From Ruminococcus sp. UBA1394 (GTDB taxonomy: Bacteria > Bacillota > Clostridia > Oscillospirales > Ruminococcaceae), in the NCBI GenBank assembly GCA_002305725.1, contig DBQM01000057.1, positions 1 to 27,692 on the forward strand: DNA of 27,692 nucleotides, given 5' to 3'. Each line of letters starts with the position of its first letter. The first letter of the stretch is position 1. The notes under the pieces are model-generated. The model had not been told where the DNA came from. It made no database searches and was given only the letters and a program-made list of their open reading frames with translations. Position numbers and translations under genes: made by a program. This document shows, piece after piece, positions 16,618-25,349 of the stretch.

Positions 16618-18582
16618 ATGAAACAGATTACAATCGATATTGAAACAGCATCAGATGAAAACATAAATACCTGTGGCGTTTACAGATACGCTGAATCGGA
16701 ATACTATGATTTACTGCTTGTTTCCTATTCAATTGACAATGGTCCGATAGCTACCTGTGATATTGCAAATGGTGAAAAACTGCCTGATGATGTACTGAAA
16801 GCACTTACAGATAGATCTGTCAGCAAGAAGGGATTTAACGTTAATTTTGAAAGGATATCTCTTTCGGTTTATCTTCGTAAAAATTACCCTGATTTACTGG
16901 ACTTTGATGATGCTGTCGGCAACTATATTGACCCAGTGTCATGGCAGTGTGATATGATTCATGGAAGATATCTTGGCATGATGTCAAGTCTTGAAGATAT
17001 GGCAAAGCTTTTAAGGCTCAAGGAAAAGAAAATGTCAGAGGGCAAGGAGCTTATAAAGACGTTCTGTATACTTCAGGAGAATAAAAAAGGAGAATTACAG
17101 TTTCTTGAAAAATCGGATGCTCCAAAACAGTGGAAAAAATTCAAAGAGTATAACAGACGTGATGTTGAAGTTGAAATGAAAATACAGCGTTATCTTTCTG
17201 AAATTCCAGTACCTGAATTCATTTGGAATGAATTTTACATTGACCAGCGTGTAAATGACAAGGGAATCCTCGTGGATACAGGTTTTGTGGCAAAGGCTGT
17301 GGAACTTGATAAGAAGGTAAAGGATGAACTTTTACCCAGACTAAAAGAATTAACGCAGCTTGATAACCCGAACTCTCCGGCTCAGATGAAAGAATGGCTT
17401 ATGTGCAGAGGAATCGAAGCTGAATCCCTTGACAAGAAGTCAGTCCAGAAAATATCTGAAACAGTTTCAGATGATGTTAAGGAAGTCCTAAGACTGTATC
17501 AGCAACTGTCCAAATCCTCGGTGAGCAAATACAGTGCGATGCTTAATGCAGTCTGCAAAGATAACAGGGCAAGAGGAATGTTCAGCTTTTACGGAGCAAA
17601 CAAAACAGGCAGATTTGCCGGACGTCTTATACAGCTGCAGAATCTTCCTCAGAATCATCTTGACAACCTTGCAGAGCTGAAAGGTCTGATAAGGGCAGGG
17701 GAGTTTGAGGCTGTAAAAGAGAGCAATGAAGATGCTCCTGACGTGCTTTCTCAACTCATACGCACAGCATTTATACCTCCGGAGGGTAAGAAGTATATAG
17801 TAGCTGACTTTTCGGCAATTGAGGCTCGTGTCATTGCATGGCTCGCAGATGAAAAATGGAGAATACAGGCATTTGCAAACGGTGAGGACATATACTGTGC
17901 CTCTGCTTCAAAGATGTTCGGTGTTCCTGTTGAGAAGAATGGAGTAAACGGATATTTAAGACAGAAAGGAAAGATTGCTGAACTTGCCTGTGGCTACGGC
18001 GGTTCAATCGGTGCAATCAAGGCTATGGGAGGTACAGAACTAAAGCTTACTGATGATGAACTTTACTCACTTGTTGACGACTGGAGAAAATCTTCTCCTA
18101 ACATAGTAAAATTCTGGGGAGATGTGCAGTCAGTGGCTGAAAAGGTCATTACAGACAGAAGCAGTATGACTCTGGGCAGATTAAAGTTTTCTTATGAATC
18201 CGGAATCTTTTTTATAGAGCTGCCTTCAGAACGCAGACTTGCATATGTAAGACCAAAGGTTGAAAAGAATGAGGACGGCAAGAGAATAATCACCTATGAG
18301 GGCGTTGGTGAAAGCAGGAAATGGTTAAGGCTTGAGACATATGGTCCTAAACTCGTTGAGAATATAACCCAGGGGATTGCCAGAGACCTGTTAATGTACT
18401 CAATGACAACAATGCAGAATACGGCTATAGTGGGTCATGTACACGATGAAATTATTGTGGAGTGTGATATGGACGTTACTGTCCAGCAGGTGTGCAGTCT
18501 TATGGAAAAGACTCCTGACTGGGCTGATGGTTTGCTACTCCGTGCTGATGGGTATGAGTGTGAGTTTTATATGAAGAAATAA
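16618..18582 (+). CDS. Family-A DNA polymerase with an N-terminal 3'-5' proofreading exonuclease and no 5' nuclease domain.
   Basis: Exo I DIETAS. Motif A DFSAIEARV. Motif B RQKGKIAELACGYGGS. Motif C VHDE. AAGGAG RBS 9 nt upstream. Confidence 0.85.
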   Translation: MKQITIDIETASDENINTCGVYRYAESEYYDLLLVSYSIDNGPIATCDIANGEKLPDDVLKALTDRSVSKKGFNVNFERISLSVYLRKNYPDLLDFDDAVGNYIDPVSWQCDMIHGRYLGMMSSLEDMAKLLRLKEKKMSEGKELIKTFCILQENKKGELQFLEKSDAPKQWKKFKEYNRRDVEVEMKIQRYLSEIPVPEFIWNEFYIDQRVNDKGILVDTGFVAKAVELDKKVKDELLPRLKELTQLDNPNSPAQMKEWLMCRGIEAESLDKKSVQKISETVSDDVKEVLRLYQQLSKSSVSKYSAMLNAVCKDNRARGMFSFYGANKTGRFAGRLIQLQNLPQNHLDNLAELKGLIRAGEFEAVKESNEDAPDVLSQLIRTAFIPPEGKKYIVADFSAIEARVIAWLADEKWRIQAFANGEDIYCASASKMFGVPVEKNGVNGYLRQKGKIAELACGYGGSIGAIKAMGGTELKLTDDELYSLVDDWRKSSPNIVKFWGDVQSVAEKVITDRSSMTLGRLKFSYESGIFFIELPSERRLAYVRPKVEKNEDGKRIITYEGVGESRKWLRLETYGPKLVENITQGIARDLLMYSMTTMQNTAIVGHVHDEIIVECDMDVTVQQVCSLMEKTPDWADGLLLRADGYECEFYMKK

Positions 18583-18588
18583 ATTAAG

Positions 18589-18629
18589 GCGGAACAACTT
18601 TTAAAAGGGTTGTTCTGCTATTTTTTTTG
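18589..18629 (+). terminator. Intrinsic terminator after PolA.
   Basis: gcggaacaac / gttgttctgc stem (one G.U pair), then TATTTTTTTT. Confidence 0.6.
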
Positions 18630-18712
18630 ATATTGGTATGTAAAAATAACTAAAGTATATAGTACTATCTTAGTATGAATCAACAAGAAGTTGCGAATTT
18701 GGTTTAATATCA

Positions 18713-18741
18713 TTGACAAACTTCAAAAATAGATGTATACT
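18713..18741 (+). promoter_or_regulatory. Consensus-like promoter TTGACA-17-TATACT.
   Basis: -35 at 18713-18718, -10 at 18736-18741. Confidence 0.55.
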
Positions 18742-18768
18742 AAAGGTAGAATCAATAATATTCGGGAG

Positions 18769-18999
18769 GTGTCTGATATAAAAATAAGTTACAAGAAATT
18801 GTGGATACTGCTGATTGAAAAAGAAATATCTCCTGCAACGCTGCGAAAGGATCTGAATATCGCAACAGGTACTATGACAAAGCTGCGTAAAAATGAGGAA
18901 GTGGCTCTGTCCGTACTTCTGCGGATTTGCGAGTATCTGGATTGTAATATAGGGGATATATGTGATGCGGTTCAAACAGATATAGGCGGGAACTTATAA
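18769..18999 (+). CDS. Small HTH transcriptional regulator (XRE / Cro-CI type, YozG/HTH_26-like). The start codon is uncertain.
   Basis: Motif KKLWILLIEKEISPATLRKDLNIATGTMTKLRKNEEVALSVLLRICEYLDCNIGDI. The track start ATG 18733 lies inside the predicted promoter, so an in-frame downstream start (GTG 18769) is more likely. Confidence 0.6.
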   Translation: MSDIKISYKKLWILLIEKEISPATLRKDLNIATGTMTKLRKNEEVALSVLLRICEYLDCNIGDICDAVQTDIGGNL

Positions 19000-19045
19000 C
19001 TCCGTTAATGCTTTTTACTAAATATGAAGATAGGAGTGAATATGT

Positions 19046-19303
19046 ATGAAATGGCAACCCATAAGAAATAAAGATTACAGTTCTCGTGATACTTACTGTA
19101 AAGGTGAATGTCCAATATTTATTGAAAGTGCAACACTTTCTATTCACCTTAATGGCAAACAAAGAAGCAAGTACGATTTGCAGTCTACCTTTACTCCTCA
19201 CATTAAAGAATGTAGTTTGTTGAAAGAAAAAAATGATAAGGATACATCATGTATGCTGTCATGTCCAATTTTCGAAGCATATAAGAATAGTCATGATTAT
19301 TAA
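19046..19303 (+). CDS. Hypothetical 85-aa protein with a duplicated C-x3-C-P-I-F motif.
   Basis: AGGAG sits 9 nt before ATG 19046. YCKGECPIFIE and SCMLSCPIFEA. Confidence 0.5.
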   Translation: MKWQPIRNKDYSSRDTYCKGECPIFIESATLSIHLNGKQRSKYDLQSTFTPHIKECSLLKEKNDKDTSCMLSCPIFEAYKNSHDY

Positions 19304-19330
19304 GCGGCAGTGCAGAAAGAAGTGAGAGTT

Positions 19331-20059
19331 ATGCCATTTTGTATATACTGTGGTCATCAGTTAGCTGACGATGCAAAATTCTGTTCTGAGTGTGGAAAAA
19401 CAACAAATATATCCAATCAAAACACTCAGAGAAAAACAGTCTATGACGGCGAGATACATAAATGTCCAAATTGCGGAGAAATATTAAATTCATTTGCTTC
19501 AAATTGTGCTTCTTGTGGATACGAATTGCGTGATGCAAAGAATTCAAATGCTATTAGAGAGTTTGCTTTAAAATTAGAACAAATAGAGAATAGTCGAAAT
19601 GTTAGTGCTAATGGCTTTTCAGGGTTAAAAAATAAAATAAACCAACTTTCAAGTGTTAATCCTATGGATGAGCAAAAAATATCTTTAATAAGAAGTTTTG
19701 TTATTCCAAATACCAAAGAAGATATTTATGAATTTATGATTCTTGCGTCATCCAATATCGATTTAAAACTATATGGGTTTGCCTATAGTAGCAGTCAATT
19801 CCAAGGTATGATGGCAACATCTCAAAGAGCCATTTCTGATGCTTGGCTTGCAAAATTTGAACAAGCGTATCGAAAAGCTCAACTTCTATTTATTGAAAGT
19901 CAAGAACTCTTGAGTATCGAGGAACTTTATGAACGTAAGATGAAAGAAATACAAAAGAAAAAAAGGCAACTCCCAATGTTTTTTATATTTGGTTTCGGAG
20001 GAGCGTTGCTATTGGTGTTACTAATTTGGATACTTGTATTTTTAACAGATGCAATGTGA
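19331..20059 (+). CDS. Membrane-anchored protein with two zinc ribbons (CIYCG..CSECG and CPNCG..CASCG) and a C-terminal transmembrane helix.
   Basis: Four CxxC pairs near the N-terminus. C-terminal hydrophobic stretch FFIFGFGGALLLVLLIWILVFL. Confidence 0.6.
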   Translation: MPFCIYCGHQLADDAKFCSECGKTTNISNQNTQRKTVYDGEIHKCPNCGEILNSFASNCASCGYELRDAKNSNAIREFALKLEQIENSRNVSANGFSGLKNKINQLSSVNPMDEQKISLIRSFVIPNTKEDIYEFMILASSNIDLKLYGFAYSSSQFQGMMATSQRAISDAWLAKFEQAYRKAQLLFIESQELLSIEELYERKMKEIQKKKRQLPMFFIFGFGGALLLVLLIWILVFLTDAM

Positions 20060-20076
20060 TTTGAAAGGAGTTTATT

Positions 20077-21447
20077 ATGGCTTTATTCAATAAAAACAAC
20101 CGCAAAGGTGGATTCATGGACGAAATCCGCTGTGATGAACCATCATATCTTATCTGGAAATGGCATCCTTCTGGCGTTCAGTCAGGTACAGGTAATCGTG
20201 AAACCGCTATCCGCTGGGGTTCGTCACTAAGAGTCAAAGATGGCGAAGTAGCTGTATTTGTTTACAAGCAAAAAAATGGAATCATGCAGGATTTCATTGA
20301 AGGTCCTTTTGACCAGATTATAAAAACTGCAAATTTCCCTGTTCTTGCAAGTATTGTCGGTCTTGCTTATGAGGGTGGTACTCCATTTCAGGCAGAAGTA
20401 TATTTTATCAATATTGCTCGAATTATTCAGGTAAAATTTGCTGTACCGTTCTTTGATGTATATGACCCGAGATTTGCAGATTTTGGTGTACCTGTTGCTG
20501 TTAGGGGTACTGTAAGCTTTCAAATTTCTGATTACAGAGAATTTATTAAACTACATAGGCTCAGCAGTTTTAATCTTGATGATTTTCAGAAGCAGATTCG
20601 TGACGCTGTCAGCCGATATGTAAAAGATACTGTTGCTAATGTTCCTGCGGCTAATAATATTCCTGTCATTCAAATTGAAAGTAAGACTGCATTGATTAAC
20701 GATACGATAGAGTATGACATAAGTGAACGTTTGAAAGAAACATTCGGCGTTACTGTTTCAGGTGTTGATATCGGGGTAATTGAGATTGATAAAACAAGTG
20801 ACGGATATGCCAGACTCATGGCTGTTACTCAGAATGTTACTACTGCTACAGTTGAAGCACAAACTGCTGCAAACATCAAAAATATTCATGATAAGCAGCG
20901 TATTGAAGCTGAAAATTATGAGGAAACCCTGCGGATTCAGCGTGAAGAAGCACAGTATGCACAGCATAAGCAGACACAGAGTGCAAACTTTGCTGCATTC
21001 CAGACAGAAAAACAGGCTGAGGTCGGTATTGCCGGTGCAAATGCGTTAGGGCAAATGGGCGCTAATGGTGCTGGGAGTGTGGATTTAGGAGGTAGTGGAG
21101 CAGGCTTTAATCCTGCTGCAATGATGGCAGGCATGGCTCTTGGCGGTGCTGTCGGCCAGAATATGGCAGGCATGATGAATAATATGATGTCTGGAATGAG
21201 TCAACAAACTACTTCGGGAACAACACCTCCGCCTGTTCCAACAGCTACATATCATGTTGCAGTTAATGGTCAGGCTACCGGACCGTTTGATATAAATACA
21301 TTAAAAAATATGGCGTTAGCAGGACAGTTTATTTCTGATAGCCTGGTATGGAAATTAGGAATGGCTGAATGGGTTAAAGCAGGAGTTGTTGAGGATCTGA
21401 AAGAAGTGCTTTATAACACTATGCCGCCTGTACCATCAATGGAATAA
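20077..21447 (+). CDS. SPFH/band-7 family protein (COG4260-like) with a low-complexity Gly/Ala/Met linker and a C-terminal DUF4339/GYF-like domain.
   Basis: AAAGGAG RBS. N-terminus GGFMDEIRCDEPSYLIWKWHP resembles the COG4260 start. C-terminus YHVAVNGQATGPFDINTLKNMALAGQFISDSLVWKLGMAEWVKAG. Confidence 0.6.
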   Translation: MALFNKNNRKGGFMDEIRCDEPSYLIWKWHPSGVQSGTGNRETAIRWGSSLRVKDGEVAVFVYKQKNGIMQDFIEGPFDQIIKTANFPVLASIVGLAYEGGTPFQAEVYFINIARIIQVKFAVPFFDVYDPRFADFGVPVAVRGTVSFQISDYREFIKLHRLSSFNLDDFQKQIRDAVSRYVKDTVANVPAANNIPVIQIESKTALINDTIEYDISERLKETFGVTVSGVDIGVIEIDKTSDGYARLMAVTQNVTTATVEAQTAANIKNIHDKQRIEAENYEETLRIQREEAQYAQHKQTQSANFAAFQTEKQAEVGIAGANALGQMGANGAGSVDLGGSGAGFNPAAMMAGMALGGAVGQNMAGMMNNMMSGMSQQTTSGTTPPPVPTATYHVAVNGQATGPFDINTLKNMALAGQFISDSLVWKLGMAEWVKAGVVEDLKEVLYNTMPPVPSME

Positions 21448-21462
21448 TAAAGGAGAACAAAA

Positions 21463-21582
21463 ATGATCAAATGCTCAAAATGCAATGCAGAATTATCAGA
21501 TGATACAAAATTCTGCTCATATTGTGGCACTAAGATTGAGACACCTCCATCTGGTGCAAAAATCCTCCCATTCTTTATATAG
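21463..21582 (+). CDS. 39-aa zinc-ribbon peptide (CSKC...CSYCG).
   Basis: AAAGGAG sits 7 nt before ATG 21463. Same C..C....DDxKFCS.CG pattern as the N-terminus of the 19331 product. Confidence 0.45.
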   Translation: MIKCSKCNAELSDDTKFCSYCGTKIETPPSGAKILPFFI

Positions 21583-21626
21583 TGATAAAATATAGCTGTT
21601 TTTGATATAGAAATGAAGGTGTACAT

Positions 21627-24600
21627 ATGTTGAAACCCGGATTGTATGAACAGGTAATCAATAAAGAACTGTCGAATAAAATAGACGAATCCAGACAACT
21701 TGTAGATAAACGTAATATAGATAAAGCCGAGGCTCCGCAGGTTCTTTCAGGATATCTGAGTGAGATAATTGAAAAGGGTCTTGAGCATTTCGGAAATGAT
21801 GAAATTGAAAAGAAACTGGATCTTGCCAATAAAATTGTAAAGACAATTACAGAATCAACCGGTGATGATGAGTTTGACGGTATGAGCGTTGATGAACGTG
21901 CTGAACAACTTCTTGCAGTTGCTGATATGCAGAATAACGCCGATTCAGTAAACAGAAAAATTAGAATTTCACGTCCGGAAACTTCGATGGCAGCAAGTTC
22001 TCTCTTTACCGGAGCAGTACATGAGCCACAGATGATGACTGAACTTAAAAAAGAAATTCTGTCTTCTGACCAGATAGATATGCTTGTTTCTTTCATTAAG
22101 TGGAGCGGACTTGTTCTGATACTTGATGAACTTGAAGAATTCACGCAAAAGGGCGGAAAACTGCGTGTTATCACAACATCATACATGGGTGCCACTGATG
22201 CAAAAGCTGTTGAGGAACTGAGCAGACTTCCGAATACAGAGATAAAGGTTTCCTATGATACACAGCGAACAAGGCTTCATGCAAAATCATACGTTTTCTA
22301 TCGTGATACAGGTTTTACGACGGCTTATGTCGGCTCTTCAAATCTTTCCAATGCGGCAATGTCAAGCGGTCTGGAGTGGAATCTGAAAATTACAGCTCAC
22401 GACCAGCCACATACTATACGCAAGATAAATGCGACTTTTGAAAACTACTGGAACAGTACCGATTTTTCGCTTTATTCAGCGAATGACAGAGAACATCTTT
22501 TGCGGGCACTGAAAGCTGAGAAGTATCATTCTGATAATAATGATTACAGCTTTGATATACGTCCGTTTTCCTATCAGCAGGAAATTCTTGATAAGCTGAC
22601 GGCGGAGCGTACTATCAGAAAGCATTATAAAAATCTTGTGGTTGCCGCAACAGGTACGGGAAAAACGGTTATCTCTGCATTTGACTATAAACGCTTTAAA
22701 ACTGAAAATTCAGGTCATGCAAGGCTTTTATTTGTTGCCCACAGAAAAGAAATTCTCAATCAGAGCATTAAATGTTTTCGTGGCGTTCTGCATAACGCAA
22801 ATTTCGGTGAGCTTTTCTATGGCGGAATTACACCGGATAGTTTTGATGAACTTTTCATTTCTATTGATACATTTAATTCTCAGGAGTTGTACAAAAAGAC
22901 TTCTCCTGATTTCTATGATTTTATTATAGTTGACGAGTTCCACCATGCTGCAGCACCTGCATATCAGAGATTGCTTGAATACTATAAACCAAAGATTCTG
23001 CTTGGACTTACTGCAACCCCTGAACGTATGGACGGTAGGGATATTCTCAAGTATTTTGATAACCGCATCGCAGCAGAGATACGTCTTCCGGAGGCAATAG
23101 ACAGAAAGCTTCTTTGTCCGTTCCATTACTTCGGAATATCTGATGAAGTGGATCTGCGTAACGTAAAATGGTCAAGAGGGGGATACGATAAAACAGCATT
23201 ATCTAAAGTTTACACAGGAAATGATATGCGTGTTATTTTGATTCTGAAACAGCTGAATAAATATGTTGCTGACATGGAAAATGTCAAGGGGCTGGGTTTT
23301 TGTGTATCAAAGGAACACGCTGCATATATGGCTCTGCGTTTCAATGAAAGAGGTGTTTCGTCTATTGCACTGACTGCTGACAGTTCAAAGCAGGACAGAG
23401 AAAGTGCACAGTCAAGGCTGGTAAGCGGTGAAATCAAGTTCATTTTTACTGTGGACTTGTATAATGAAGGCGTGGATATTCCGGCAGTCAATACGGTAAT
23501 GTTCCTGCGTCCGACAGAATCTCTGACAGTATTTTTACAACAGCTTGGACGTGGTCTGAGACTTGCCGAGGGTAAGGATTGTCTGACGGTGCTGGATTTT
23601 ATTGGACAGGCACATAAAAAATATAACTTTGAATCCAGGTTTGCGGCACTTCTTGGAAATACAAAGAAAAGTGTGAAAGAAGAAATTGAACGAGGATTTC
23701 CTCTTCTTCCAAAGGGTTGTTATATCAAGCTTGAAAAGCAGGCACAGCGTTATATTCTTGATAATATACGTCAGTCTGTAGGAAGTAAAAACGCCATTGT
23801 CAGACGTCTGGAAACCTTTGAAGAAGATTCGGGAAGGAAACTGACACTTGCTAATTTCCTTGATTATTATAATCTTGATATAAGCTCTATATATGCAACA
23901 AAATACAGCTTTGCAAGACTTTGTGTACAGGCGGGCGTTAAGGCAGATTTCAGCGAATCTCTTGAAGAAATCATCACAAAGGCACTTCCAAGACTTTCAT
24001 ATATTGACTCTCACAGGTGGATAGAATTTATAATTGATTATCTGCCGGGAGTATATGACTTTACTGACAGAGATTTTAATGGCGTACAGCAGAAAATGTG
24101 GCAGATGCTTCAGTATACGATATGGCAGAAATCATGGGAGGACTGCGGTTTTACAGATTTGCTTGATGGATTCAGAAAAATCGCAGATTCTCCGGTTATG
24201 CTTGCTGAGATTATGGAACTGCTTTATTACAAATACGATAAGATAGACTTTATTTCTGAGCCTGTACAGGTAAATTATGATTGTCCTTTAGATGTTCATT
24301 GCAGTTATACAAGAGATCAGATACTTGTGGCACTGGACTTCATGAAACCAAATACGGTTCGTGAAGGAACAAAATATCTTGATGACAAGAAAACAGACCT
24401 GCATTTTATAACGCTCAACAAATCAGATAAAGAATATTCTCCCACAACCATGTACAATGATTACTCTATTAATGACACGCTGTTCCACTGGCAGAGCCAG
24501 AGTACAACAACTCCTCAAAGCAATACAGGACAGAGATATATTCACCACAGGCAAAAAAGCTGTTATGAAATGTTGTTTGTTCGTGAGTACAAAAATTCAA

Positions 24601-24746
24601 GGCTTGGTGCAGCACCATATACGTTTCTTGGGCTTGCTGATTTCGTAAGTAGTGAAGGATCAAAGCCTATGGATATTGTGTGGAAGCTAAGAAAACCAAT
24701 TCCCGCTAAATATATCAGAAAGACAAGTCAGATGGTGGTTGTTTAA
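21627..24746 (+). CDS. 1039-aa fusion of an N-terminal PLD-family (HxK) nuclease domain, an SF2 DEAH helicase (ResIII-like) and a C-terminal DUF3427-like domain.
   Basis: HKD motif RLHAKSYVF...GSSNLS. Helicase motif I AATGTGKT, motif II IIVDEFHH, motif III LGLTATPER. A long conserved C-terminal region follows. Confidence 0.8.
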   Translation: MLKPGLYEQVINKELSNKIDESRQLVDKRNIDKAEAPQVLSGYLSEIIEKGLEHFGNDEIEKKLDLANKIVKTITESTGDDEFDGMSVDERAEQLLAVADMQNNADSVNRKIRISRPETSMAASSLFTGAVHEPQMMTELKKEILSSDQIDMLVSFIKWSGLVLILDELEEFTQKGGKLRVITTSYMGATDAKAVEELSRLPNTEIKVSYDTQRTRLHAKSYVFYRDTGFTTAYVGSSNLSNAAMSSGLEWNLKITAHDQPHTIRKINATFENYWNSTDFSLYSANDREHLLRALKAEKYHSDNNDYSFDIRPFSYQQEILDKLTAERTIRKHYKNLVVAATGTGKTVISAFDYKRFKTENSGHARLLFVAHRKEILNQSIKCFRGVLHNANFGELFYGGITPDSFDELFISIDTFNSQELYKKTSPDFYDFIIVDEFHHAAAPAYQRLLEYYKPKILLGLTATPERMDGRDILKYFDNRIAAEIRLPEAIDRKLLCPFHYFGISDEVDLRNVKWSRGGYDKTALSKVYTGNDMRVILILKQLNKYVADMENVKGLGFCVSKEHAAYMALRFNERGVSSIALTADSSKQDRESAQSRLVSGEIKFIFTVDLYNEGVDIPAVNTVMFLRPTESLTVFLQQLGRGLRLAEGKDCLTVLDFIGQAHKKYNFESRFAALLGNTKKSVKEEIERGFPLLPKGCYIKLEKQAQRYILDNIRQSVGSKNAIVRRLETFEEDSGRKLTLANFLDYYNLDISSIYATKYSFARLCVQAGVKADFSESLEEIITKALPRLSYIDSHRWIEFIIDYLPGVYDFTDRDFNGVQQKMWQMLQYTIWQKSWEDCGFTDLLDGFRKIADSPVMLAEIMELLYYKYDKIDFISEPVQVNYDCPLDVHCSYTRDQILVALDFMKPNTVREGTKYLDDKKTDLHFITLNKSDKEYSPTTMYNDYSINDTLFHWQSQSTTTPQSNTGQRYIHHRQKSCYEMLFVREYKNSRLGAAPYTFLGLADFVSSEGSKPMDIVWKLRKPIPAKYIRKTSQMVVV

Positions 24747-24795
24747 GCGAATGACGCATTTTTAATGTATGGAAATTTGAAAATATGAATGAACA

Positions 24796-24885
24796 ATTGC
24801 CCTGCACGGGCAGTGGCACTGCGTGCAGCAATGTCCCTGTTCCTCACTGACGTTCGTCACAGTGCCAGCCCCTTACGGGGCAATG
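24796..24885. other. GC-rich (about 60%) island with three nested or adjacent hairpins, in surroundings of about 30% GC.
   Basis: ctgcacg...cgtgcag (24802-24828) encloses cagtg.cactg. cactgacgttcgtcacagtg (24845-24864). gccccttacggggc (24868-24881). The outer pair attgccc/gggcaat spans the lot. Confidence 0.5.
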
Positions 24886-25349
24886 TTAATTAATATATTC
24901 TTATTTTATTGATTTTTTTGAAAGTATATCTGTATAATAATATCATTAAATTATTATATATTATTTTAAAAATATTATAAATATAATAGTCATGGATAAT
25001 AAAGTGAGAATTAAAAAGTATTTTGGAATTAAGAAACCCTTATGGATTTAAATTGTTTTTGTTGTAGATTCGATAAATTCAGCCATAAGGGTGATTTTTT
25101 CTTTGGGGGTAAAATGCTGATACAGTCAATAGCATTACTTTTAGAAATATGACAAATATGGTAGTGGTGACCTTCGGAACTGTTATTTTTACATTGAATT
25201 AATCCGGATTTGTGAAAACTGTAGGTTTCGGTCTGAACTGTCTGACTCAATTGTTATAAATGAAGATTTTCATTCTAACTTCCAAAAAATAGTAGCATTT
25301 TGAGATGAAGTGTGATAAACTAAAAATGCTGCAGCGGAAGGAAAAGAAA

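Noticed and set aside
18733-18768. ATG 18733 as the start of the HTH regulator.
   Set aside because: It lies inside the predicted -10 hexamer and spacer, so it would be upstream of the transcription start. A downstream in-frame start is more consistent, but none has an ideal RBS, so the start remains uncertain.
21575-22195. Minus-strand ORF 21575-22195 (206 aa) and the other antisense ORFs inside the PLD-helicase gene.
   Set aside because: They are antisense to a gene with clear catalytic motifs. Their composition is Ser-rich and low-complexity.
24796-24885. Tested whether the GC-rich island is a tRNA or a tRNA 3' fragment serving as an integration target.
   Set aside because: No cloverleaf fits. 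The GTTCG is followed by T rather than the conserved A58. Stem and loop lengths are wrong.
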